A DNA stretch of 64,000 nt from a virus. Lineage: Duplodnaviria; Caudoviricetes. Position 1 is the stretch's first letter, and each line of letters begins with the position of its first letter. Position numbers and translations under genes: made by a program. The notes under the pieces are model-generated. The model searched no databases. It saw nothing but the letters and a program-made list of their open reading frames with translations, and was not told where the DNA came from. Where the stretch lies: IMG/VR virus record IMGVR_UViG_2974594805_000001, positions 1 to 64,000 of that record; one strand, given 5' to 3'. This document shows, in pieces, positions 56,225 through 64,000 of this stretch.

Positions 56225-58975
56225 TCAGTTCCTCGGCAAAGTTCGCTGAATTTCTGGAAAGTCATTTACCATAGATAGGGTGAGTTCTACAACGTCAGTA
56301 CCCGTCATCGTGGTTCGGCTGATGTAACCATCCAGAGTCTCAGGAAGATAACCGCGTGAGCCGCCAGTGTTCCTTGAGCTATCTGTAAAGATCATCGGGT
56401 TAAAATTCAAACCGTTATTGTCATAAAGCTCTGACAGGAGGTCATTTATCCTGTCCATTTGAGCTTCATACGAGTTTTCATCGTTGGCCAGATCTTCACG
56501 CATCTCATTGATGTCACCCTGTACCCAGCCAGCATAACCGTTTGCCAAAGCATTACCCAAACCAAGGATACCCTGAGTCGAGAAGAGTGATGTACCAGAC
56601 ACACCCATCGACAGGGCAAACCCTGCGATTGCTGCAAACAGTGCTCCCCACTTCTCTCCGAAGAGGGCTGTACCCACGATCTTGAGAACCTCGGCAATGA
56701 TGATCGAAGCAACGTAGTTGGCAACTACACCTGCGACCAGAGCCGCTGTACCCGTAAGGCCCAGAGCAGTGCCAATGGCAAGGTTCCCTCCAAGGATACC
56801 ACCCCCTGCTGCAAAGGCACCGGGGAATACGACCACGGCCACCACAATGATGAGAATCACAAGCAGGATCTTAAAGATTCCTCGCTCGTACCAGCGTTGT
56901 TTTGTCACCTCATAGCTGTTGAATAGGATGTGAGAATTGGCTGTAGACATCTGGGTATAGTCCACAATCCCCATGGCTTTCATCGTGGGGTAATGCAGTG
57001 GAACCAAGAAACCAGATTCTTCAGTATCTGTCAGAGCTTCAGTCGATGTGATTGTCACCGACTTTCCACCGTAGATGTAGTTGTAATGGGTCAGTCCCCA
57101 GATTTGCATTCGACGGTAAGCACCATCAGATACCTGCCACCACACATACATCGACGGAATAGAGCGATTTATCACACGCTCTTCTTCACCATCTCTGGTG
57201 TTGTATGATTCACGTTCCTGCCATGAAAACGAAGGTCCAACTGTCAGAACACAATCGTCTTTCTTGGCATTCTGTCCCAGATTAAGTCCGAGATCGGCTC
57301 GAACATCTGCACTAAAATCAGCCATGTTTCCATTGAACTGTTCGATTTCACAATGGACCCAGAGCATCCGGATATCAAAACCAAGAGCACCATCCCTCAG
57401 AATGATAGAGTTCGTAGGTGGTGGTGAGATACTCGGAATCGTAGGACGTTCAGTGATTGCTCCCCACAAACCACCAATAGCATCAGGATTATTGACGTTG
57501 TTCTCCCAGTCTCGAAGATCATCAAGTGCTTGATTATATGCAATAACCTCAGCTTCAAGATTCGACATAGCGTTGCCAGATCCACCCTGTTGGAATGGAA
57601 TCATCTGCTCAAAGAAGTTGTAGATGTATCGACGGCAAGCGTGCTCTTTCACATTGAGAGATGCACCAAAGCACAGATACGCATAGTCAATATCTGCAAT
57701 AGACGGATTGTCTTCGACAGACTGAACCAATGAACCAAACTTCTTGTCGAAGCCAAAGCCTCGTTTATAAGCCTTGGCCATTTCATCAAAGAGATCTGAA
57801 TAAACAGGTTCAGCGACAGAAACGTTGTTGATTCGAACTGGCATGAACGGGAAAAACTCTTGGAAACCAGATGCATCAACATCAGTAACCAAAGCATCCA
57901 GAGTCGCGTTACCTGTACCGACTTCGTAAATGAAGATCTGCTCAGGACCATATTGTTCACCACTGAAGATGTCAGTGATGTCGAGACGAGTCTCATATGA
58001 CGGAGTGATCTGTTCTCCTGTGGTGGTTTCTGTCCGGGTTTCAATCACCCCACCACCAAGATCTGTTTGAGTCACCTGCACATCCACATAGTCATTTGTG
58101 ACAGTGTAGGTTTCTGTGATGTGCTGATCCTGACGTTCACCAACGGTAGAAATACCAGCTACTTGAGTTACAATCTCACGCTGGTAATGGAACACACCAT
58201 TCGGAAGTTCCTGACCATTGAGGTTTGCAGGAACATCAGTTTCGATCTGATTGTCTGGATCACCATTGTTGTAGCTTAGAACCGTGTTACGGACTCGAAC
58301 CAAATCAACAGGAGTAAATGTGTCATTCGCTAAGATCGTATCCCAGCCAGTCACATCAGGTGCTGTTGGTTGGTTTGTCAGAGTCGGGCCAGTCTGAAGA
58401 GGCTGCTCAGATGCATCCAGATACTCGATATACTCAGCCACGATGTAACGAGCACTCGGATTGTAGACCGGTGCTACGTTGTTCGTCCAACTGAAGAAAT
58501 CGTTGTTGGGAAACTCCACAGAGAAAGTGTTGGTGTCTGGTTCATATTCTCCAAGCCAGTCTTCACCAATTCTTTCTGGGTGGTTTTGTAGGATCCACCG
58601 TTTGATCCAACCTTCGAAATCACCATCTGTGACCTCAGCCTTGTAACAGGAGAGAGTCAATCCGACAGGTGCAGGAGGAACAGGAGACGCAGGAATCTGC
58701 CCCTGAACCACAGTGGTATCCAGAGGGTTGTTGTTCACAATGGTTGCAGTCGGAAGCCCAGAGATGTTGTTCCGGTCGCAATAGCGAAAGAACTGACGTT
58801 GCTGGAGTCCGGGACCACCAAAGTATCCCGTCTGAATATCATCAGCAAGAGATGGGCTGCCAGAGATGACAGAACCAAACACAGTACCTTTGAGGAAATC
58901 AGGACGGTCTCGTTCATCCCCTGCCATATTGTACAGAGTTGACGAGACCGTGATGATCTTCTTGGAGCCAAACAT
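56225..58975 (-). CDS. Structural protein (N4 gp53-like, tail)
   Basis: Start re-called to MFGSKK behind AAGGAG; F.P..P.R, IDYAY..FG, WYERG.F, C-terminal hydrophobic stretch; synteny. Confidence 0.82.
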   Translation of the reverse strand: MFGSKKIITVSSTLYNMAGDERDRPDFLKGTVFGSVISGSPSLADDIQTGYFGGPGLQQRQFFRYCDRNNISGLPTATIVNNNPLDTTVVQGQIPASPVPPAPVGLTLSCYKAEVTDGDFEGWIKRWILQNHPERIGEDWLGEYEPDTNTFSVEFPNNDFFSWTNNVAPVYNPSARYIVAEYIEYLDASEQPLQTGPTLTNQPTAPDVTGWDTILANDTFTPVDLVRVRNTVLSYNNGDPDNQIETDVPANLNGQELPNGVFHYQREIVTQVAGISTVGERQDQHITETYTVTNDYVDVQVTQTDLGGGVIETRTETTTGEQITPSYETRLDITDIFSGEQYGPEQIFIYEVGTGNATLDALVTDVDASGFQEFFPFMPVRINNVSVAEPVYSDLFDEMAKAYKRGFGFDKKFGSLVQSVEDNPSIADIDYAYLCFGASLNVKEHACRRYIYNFFEQMIPFQQGGSGNAMSNLEAEVIAYNQALDDLRDWENNVNNPDAIGGLWGAITERPTIPSISPPPTNSIILRDGALGFDIRMLWVHCEIEQFNGNMADFSADVRADLGLNLGQNAKKDDCVLTVGPSFSWQERESYNTRDGEEERVINRSIPSMYVWWQVSDGAYRRMQIWGLTHYNYIYGGKSVTITSTEALTDTEESGFLVPLHYPTMKAMGIVDYTQMSTANSHILFNSYEVTKQRWYERGIFKILLVILIIVVAVVVFPGAFAAGGGILGGNLAIGTALGLTGTAALVAGVVANYVASIIIAEVLKIVGTALFGEKWGALFAAIAGFALSMGVSGTSLFSTQGILGLGNALANGYAGWVQGDINEMREDLANDENSYEAQMDRINDLLSELYDNNGLNFNPMIFTDSSRNTGGSRGYLPETLDGYISRTTMTGTDVVELTLSMVNDFPEIQRTLPRN

Positions 58976-58985
58976 ATGAGACTCC

Positions 58986-60332
58986 TTACAGGTTGTTGTT
59001 CGTGCGCATCGCCTGAAGAACTGCGTTGATGTTGGCCTCGTTGAACTGTGTCGGAGGTGCGATACCTTCGTCCAGAGTTTTCTGAGTAACCCAAGCATCA
59101 GAGTACAGCTTACCAGCTTTGTACTGAGCATCCTTGATGAAGCTGTCGATCTGCTGATCATACAGATCTTTCTGCTTCCCAACGGAGCCTTCAACCACAG
59201 CACCATCCGAACGGTTGTCCAGAGTCTTGGCACGTTCAGCTTCACCCTGTTCATTGGTCAGAGTGATCTGCTCGTTCAACAGGGTCAACTGTGTCGGCAA
59301 GGTGTTGTTCAGGTTGTACTCTTTGATGTCTGCATCAGCAGTCAGGTTCCGTTTCTGCAAACCAATAACACCAGAGATCGGAGTGAGACCATCACGACGA
59401 GTTTCCAGAGTGTTTGCACGTTCCTTCTCAATCTGCTCATGAATGAGTTCAGACTCAGCAGGCTGACGGATATTGACGATGTGCTGCTGCTGAGCAAGTT
59501 CAATCGGCAGCATGTTGTCACGACGGAATTCCTCGATATCCGCAGCAATGGTGATAACACGATCACGCTGCAAGGTCTGGATATCTGCTTCCAGAGGCTG
59601 GAGAACACGGTTCTGGTATTCTGCGATAGAAGCCTGTGCAGGAAGGATACGATCCACCTGTACGTTATTCATAGCCACAGTCGAAGGCATCACTTGCTGA
59701 CGCTCGTAATGTTTGATGGCCACATCAGCAGGCATATCGTAGTTCAACTGATACTGCTTCATGGCAGTTTCGACAGTGATACCGTCATGACGTGCTTCCT
59801 CAGAAGCAAGCTGCATCTTCGTGAGAGCGTATTGTGCAGCCGTCAGGTTCAGTTGGAAGTTGTCATTTGCAGCTTGGATCTTGGCTCGTTCGAGTTCAAC
59901 CAAAGCAACAGTGGCTTGGATCTCTGCAATACGGGCCTGCATCTGTGCGGTCACAGCAGCCCAGCGAGCCTGATCTTTCTGTAGGGTGAAGCTGACAGCC
60001 TGTCCCATCACCTGATTGGCGACAGCAGTGTAGACCTCAGCGTATTGAGCACCGGTAATTCGATTGCCTTTGAATTCACGCTCAAGATGAGCATCCATTG
60101 ACTTCATGAAGACATCAAAAGCACCTGCACCGTCGATGTTTGCTTCTGTGACTTCTGCAATGGTTGCTCCGGTAATGTCGGAATACAGGGCAGAGTTTTG
60201 ATCAGGAGTGAAAGAGAACTTCGGATCATTAAAGTCAGGAGACGCAGGAATAGTTACCCCTGCGGTGAGGGTCGTAAACAGAGAATTCGCCAGATCGGAC
60301 GAATTGTCGATGTTGGTGACAGATTCAGACAT
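58986..60332 (-). CDS. Structural protein (N4 gp54-like)
   Basis: G.GAFDVFM....AHL..EF...RITGA.YA.VY; G.VGKQK.LY.QQI.SF; start behind AAGGAG. Confidence 0.85.
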   Translation of the reverse strand: MSESVTNIDNSSDLANSLFTTLTAGVTIPASPDFNDPKFSFTPDQNSALYSDITGATIAEVTEANIDGAGAFDVFMKSMDAHLEREFKGNRITGAQYAEVYTAVANQVMGQAVSFTLQKDQARWAAVTAQMQARIAEIQATVALVELERAKIQAANDNFQLNLTAAQYALTKMQLASEEARHDGITVETAMKQYQLNYDMPADVAIKHYERQQVMPSTVAMNNVQVDRILPAQASIAEYQNRVLQPLEADIQTLQRDRVITIAADIEEFRRDNMLPIELAQQQHIVNIRQPAESELIHEQIEKERANTLETRRDGLTPISGVIGLQKRNLTADADIKEYNLNNTLPTQLTLLNEQITLTNEQGEAERAKTLDNRSDGAVVEGSVGKQKDLYDQQIDSFIKDAQYKAGKLYSDAWVTQKTLDEGIAPPTQFNEANINAVLQAMRTNNNL

Positions 60333-60367
60333 GCCAAAAACTCCTTTGTTCACGACCCTCTATAGCG

Positions 60368-61093
60368 TCAAGCAGCAGCGGTGTCGATTGCTCCGCGTGC
60401 TTTCTGGTCCTGACCCAGAGCTTCAAGCTCCTGTTCGGTCAGTTCATCCAGATACTCGATGTTGAAACGAGGCATCTGAACAGTCTTGTACTGTTTGACA
60501 CCGAAGCTCGATCCGGGAGTTTTGATCTCCTTCCGCATCGTGTACTTCTCTTGTTTCATCGAGTTGATCAGACACTCTGGCAGGTGCCAGCCATGTTCGT
60601 TCTCGTCACCATATGGGACGTACTTCGACACTTTGCCGAGGTATTTGTTGAACACGGTCTTGATGGCACCCGGAACAGCAGCTTCCGAAGGATCGAGATT
60701 GTGAACACGCACACGATGCAGACGCAGTGCCTTGGCACGAACGATTGCACGTTTCTCGACTTCAGAGAGACCCGGTTTCCGTGGATCCATCTTGGCCAGC
60801 AGAGTACGGGGCTGATCCAGAAGACTCTTTGGCTCAGGAGCAGGTGCAGGTTCTGCCTGCTTAGCTGCCAGAGCAGCAGCAACCGGATCATTCGCATCCG
60901 GAGGAGTCTCAGTCTCAGCTTCGATCTTCGCTTGCAGAACAGGAATGATCTTTTCTTTCAGCGTACCGTTGCCGGTATTGCCGGAAAAAGTGATGTCCAG
61001 TTCGTTTGCGATAAACCGCAGCACTTCTTTGTCTTCGGTGTCAGTCACCAGTTCCAGAAGTTCTGCGTTGGTTTTGTTGGAGATATCATCCAT
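60368..61093 (-). CDS. N4 gp55-like protein
   Basis: LHRVRVHNLDP, V.KYVPYG, GWH.P, F.IEYLD.LT..EL; start behind AAGGA. Confidence 0.82.
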   Translation of the reverse strand: MDDISNKTNAELLELVTDTEDKEVLRFIANELDITFSGNTGNGTLKEKIIPVLQAKIEAETETPPDANDPVAAALAAKQAEPAPAPEPKSLLDQPRTLLAKMDPRKPGLSEVEKRAIVRAKALRLHRVRVHNLDPSEAAVPGAIKTVFNKYLGKVSKYVPYGDENEHGWHLPECLINSMKQEKYTMRKEIKTPGSSFGVKQYKTVQMPRFNIEYLDELTEQELEALGQDQKARGAIDTAAA

Positions 61094-61128
61094 TGGGTTA
61101 TTCCTTTTGAAGTTACCATGGTGTGGCT

Positions 61129-61157
61129 CGCTTAACACAGCCTAAACCCTATGGCAA
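61129..61157 (-). promoter_or_regulatory. Possible host sigma70-type late promoter (TTGCCA-N17-TAAGCG)
   Basis: Correct spacing, just downstream of the MCP terminator and upstream of gp55; weak -10. Confidence 0.3.
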
Positions 61158-61184
61158 ATGAAAGAGGCCCCACAAGGGGGCCTC
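61157..61184 (-). terminator. Intrinsic terminator after MCP
   Basis: 8-bp GC-rich stem GAGGCCCC/GGGGCCTC followed by TTTCATTT on the minus strand. Confidence 0.75.
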
Positions 61185-61207
61185 AATCAATCACTTAGTG
61201 GATCAGA

Positions 61208-62653
61208 TCAATCCGGGATCGGGCTGTAGGCAACCGCCATACGCTCGCCACGGAGCTTGATGAAGCCATAGAAGAACTTCACCGAGGAGAACCCGATCTT
61301 ACCGTAGGGATCGGTCCGGTCGGCAGTTTTCTCACCGGGCTTCTTGACGATGATCCGGAACTTCGCTTTCGCACCAGTACCCATGCCTTGCAGACCAATG
61401 GTCGCAAATGCCTGATCACCGATCACGAGCAGCGGAGCCACGTCGTACTTGCCGCCAGTTGCTTGGTAGCCACCGTTGGTGGACTCAGCAGCACCGACAC
61501 CCTGCCAACGCATCATCTGCGGAACCACAACGATCCGAAGGTGAGCAGTCGGGATTGCACCGATTTCACCGTTCATGATGGTTGCAGCATCTGCATACTG
61601 CTCAACCGGCACGAAGTCAGCCCAGTCACTGATCATGATCTGGAGTTCCGAACCGATGTAAGCGATACGCGAAGCCGAGATCACGCGGGTATCCGTCATA
61701 CGGGAACCTTTGATGATCGTGGTCTTCTTGGGCGTTCGGTTGTCATCGAGAGTCACCGACAGACGCTTCAGGTCGCCAACGTCCAACAGGTCCACAGAAC
61801 CGGATTCACCGGAGATCTCGTGAATTGCAGTTGCAACGCCGGGGAACACTTTCACGTCGGCTGCGTTCAGCAGGTCAGCTTGCAGCAGATCCTCGTTGAT
61901 TTCGTTCGCACCACGCAGCATCTCACGGCTCAGGTGGCCATAGAGATCCGAGTCGGTATCGAACATCAGCGAGTCCTCAGTCCACTCCATGAAGAAGCCG
62001 TACTCTTGGATCTCACCTTTCCGCTCCAGACGGGTAAAGCCGACGCGGTTCACGCGACCACCTTGTTCCGTCAGGGTCGGCATCTTGCCGAGAATCGTAC
62101 CCACGTCACGGGAACCACCGTACAGAGCACCAACGTTCTCCTGCTTCACACCAGCACCAGCAGCCGCAATTGCAGCATCGGCAGTGGCTTCGTCAGCATA
62201 TTCAACGACGTTGGTCGTCATGCCGAGCAGGGTCAGGCCAGTACCACCAGTGTCATCAGCAGCGTCCGAAGCAACCACGACGGCAGAACCATCAGCAGCA
62301 GAGACGTTGTTGTTGATCGCGGTTACAGCAGCAGCCGAACCAGCGTTCGCAACACGAACACCAGTCACAGGGAAAGTGACCGTGAACGTACCGGGGACAC
62401 GAGCAGCACCCAGAGCGTCGATACCCTGATCGTTCACGTTCAGTTCGTCGAGCAGCGGGACGTAGTAGTAGACCCGCAGTTCTTTACCGTAGTGCTTCGG
62501 CATAGAACGAACATCAGCCAGCGGCGAGAAGTACATTTCTTCCGCAGCGTCGATCAGAGATTTCCGGTCCCAATAGTGGGTGTTGAACTGAGGGCCGACA
62601 CTGGACTGATTACCAGCGACGTTTACCTCGGGGGCGTTATAAATCTGAGTCAT
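61208..62653 (-). CDS. Major capsid protein (N4 gp56-like) with ~90-aa insertion
   Basis: MPKHYGK, YVPLLD..N.NDQGIDA.GA, LTEQGGRVNRVGFTR, DPYG.IGFSS.KF.YG. Confidence 0.95.
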   Translation of the reverse strand: MTQIYNAPEVNVAGNQSSVGPQFNTHYWDRKSLIDAAEEMYFSPLADVRSMPKHYGKELRVYYYVPLLDELNVNDQGIDALGAARVPGTFTVTFPVTGVRVANAGSAAAVTAINNNVSAADGSAVVVASDAADDTGGTGLTLLGMTTNVVEYADEATADAAIAAAGAGVKQENVGALYGGSRDVGTILGKMPTLTEQGGRVNRVGFTRLERKGEIQEYGFFMEWTEDSLMFDTDSDLYGHLSREMLRGANEINEDLLQADLLNAADVKVFPGVATAIHEISGESGSVDLLDVGDLKRLSVTLDDNRTPKKTTIIKGSRMTDTRVISASRIAYIGSELQIMISDWADFVPVEQYADAATIMNGEIGAIPTAHLRIVVVPQMMRWQGVGAAESTNGGYQATGGKYDVAPLLVIGDQAFATIGLQGMGTGAKAKFRIIVKKPGEKTADRTDPYGKIGFSSVKFFYGFIKLRGERMAVAYSPIPD

Positions 62654-62687
62654 GGCGATATCCTTTCTATGCTGTGCTCAGAAGCGT

Positions 62688-63974
62688 TTATTCGGGAGGA
62701 GCCATCTTCAGGAATTCCTCATCCGACATCTTGGAGAAGTCAGGCTGGGTAGGTGTCGTGTTTCCAGACTGCTTCGAGGGAGGTGTCGAAGAAAGATGTG
62801 GATTGGCAGCAGGTTTCTTCGGAGCCTGATTCTGCTTCCTTGCTCCCGACGCGACTGGCTGACCCTGTGGTTGGCTTGCTAGAGGAGCCATCGGATTGCC
62901 ATTTGCAGCGGGGGTTTTTGCTTCGTCGAAAACTCCAGCGTTCTTCATGGCTTCACCAACTTGGTCAAACGCTTGAAGGAACGGAACACCGACTAGATAG
63001 CCCTGTGCCTGCTGGTAGTCCAACTCTGCAACCACTTTGTCGTACACACCGGACATCTTCATCTGGGTCAAATTGCCGAGAATACTCGGGTTTTCCCGGA
63101 GTTTTGCCTTAGACTGCACGTCCCAGTTAGCGTGAATGTCGTTCACCAGAGCCTGACCTTCAGGGATGGCAATAGCTTCATCCAGAGCATCACGGAACGC
63201 ATTGTCTTGTGCGTTACCACCGTAGTTAGTGGCCTGATAACCCGAATCCTTTTCGGTATCAAGGTCCATGGGATCAATATTGTGACTTTTCAGCAACTTC
63301 GCAATGGCTTCTTTGTTGCCTTTCATCAAGTCGATTGCAAAGTTCAACTTGTTCTGATCGGCCAAACCATTGTCTTGAAGCATCCGATTCATTGCTTTCA
63401 TCGGCTTCAGTTCATGCATACGACGTGAATAGTTCACGCCTTGCTGCATCAGTCGGATGGCATCTTCAGGACTGCGAACAGTGAAGTCTTTGCCATCTGC
63501 TTTGAAAGGCACAGACAGTTTCTTGTAGAAATCGACTGCTGCGTCGAGTCCTGCACTGTCCATGCCTTCCGGAAGTTTGTAGTACCCAGCTTTTGCAGGA
63601 GTTTCAGCCTTGGCCTCAGCCTTTGGCTTTACTTCTCCATCTCCGGATACATCTCCCACTCCTCCTTCTCCGGCTTCGGAGCCAGTCTTCCCTTCTTCTT
63701 GGGAGTCTGGAGTGGGCTGCTGATTGTCCGTCGATTCACCTGCTTCGGATGCTGGTTTGCCTTCACCTGCCATGGGATCCTGTTGTCCATCGACATTCGC
63801 TTCGTCTTTCGAGGCACTGCCGTCGGTATCAGGATCAGGTTGGGAACCATCAGACTCAGCAGCGTTGCTGCCGTCGTCGCCATCCACGTCTTCATCGGCG
63901 TCAGGTGTTTCTTGAGCATGAGCATCTCCTTCAGGTGCTTTGGCTTCGGAGAAATCAGTTTCTCCCTCTGCCAT
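62688..63974 (-). CDS. N4 gp57-like protein (acidic N-terminus; scaffold/tape-measure-like)
   Basis: PFKADGK, E.I.LMQ.G.NY...M, AI.KL.K...IDPMDLD; the frame stays open to the window edge, so the start is uncertain. Confidence 0.85.
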   Translation of the reverse strand: MAEGETDFSEAKAPEGDAHAQETPDADEDVDGDDGSNAAESDGSQPDPDTDGSASKDEANVDGQQDPMAGEGKPASEAGESTDNQQPTPDSQEEGKTGSEAGEGGVGDVSGDGEVKPKAEAKAETPAKAGYYKLPEGMDSAGLDAAVDFYKKLSVPFKADGKDFTVRSPEDAIRLMQQGVNYSRRMHELKPMKAMNRMLQDNGLADQNKLNFAIDLMKGNKEAIAKLLKSHNIDPMDLDTEKDSGYQATNYGGNAQDNAFRDALDEAIAIPEGQALVNDIHANWDVQSKAKLRENPSILGNLTQMKMSGVYDKVVAELDYQQAQGYLVGVPFLQAFDQVGEAMKNAGVFDEAKTPAANGNPMAPLASQPQGQPVASGARKQNQAPKKPAANPHLSSTPPSKQSGNTTPTQPDFSKMSDEEFLKMAPPE

Positions 63975-64000
63975 ATTACCAGAAAACTCGGACTCATCCA

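Noticed and set aside
1-64000. CRISPR array, integrase or IS element
   Set aside because: No regularly spaced direct repeats and no integrase or transposase motifs; the only mobile-type gene is the free-standing HNH.

Overview
This window is about 64 kb of an N4-like podovirus genome (Schitoviridae). It is most likely a Roseobacter-group phage; this is an inference from the class II RNR, thioredoxin, ThyX and a plus-strand second structural module. Layout: two or three plus-strand ORFs, then a non-coding stretch (737-1248) that probably holds the genome-end/terminal-repeat junction. An early region follows, with four N4-type hairpin promoters (GCC-TCC-GGC core), a gp2 homolog and the split RNAP II (RNAP1, RNAP2). 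The middle region carries an AAA/vWA pair, dCTP deaminase, a dNMP-kinase/ThyX fusion, an HTH-metallophosphoesterase, a possible Acb2/Tad1-like protein, a fibre/appendage cassette with a 1364-aa multi-lectin fibre, MazG-like NTPase, thioredoxin, rIIA/rIIB, HNH, a macro-like protein, NrdJ, helicase, PolA, exonuclease, primase, AAA, SSB and RusA. The minus-strand late block holds the 3679-aa virion RNA polymerase, ejection/structural proteins, MCP and gp57. Portal, terminase and lysis genes are not in the window. The most notable observation is inside the virion RNAP: between the N-terminal domain and the polymerase core it carries an ADP-ribosyltransferase-like domain (YHGT...GIFLT...NPL...YDGI) and an extra HExxH zincin domain, each flanked by acidic linkers. 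The whole protein is Cys-free, so these look like effector domains co-ejected with the polymerase. All homology calls come from motif recognition by eye; no database searches were run.
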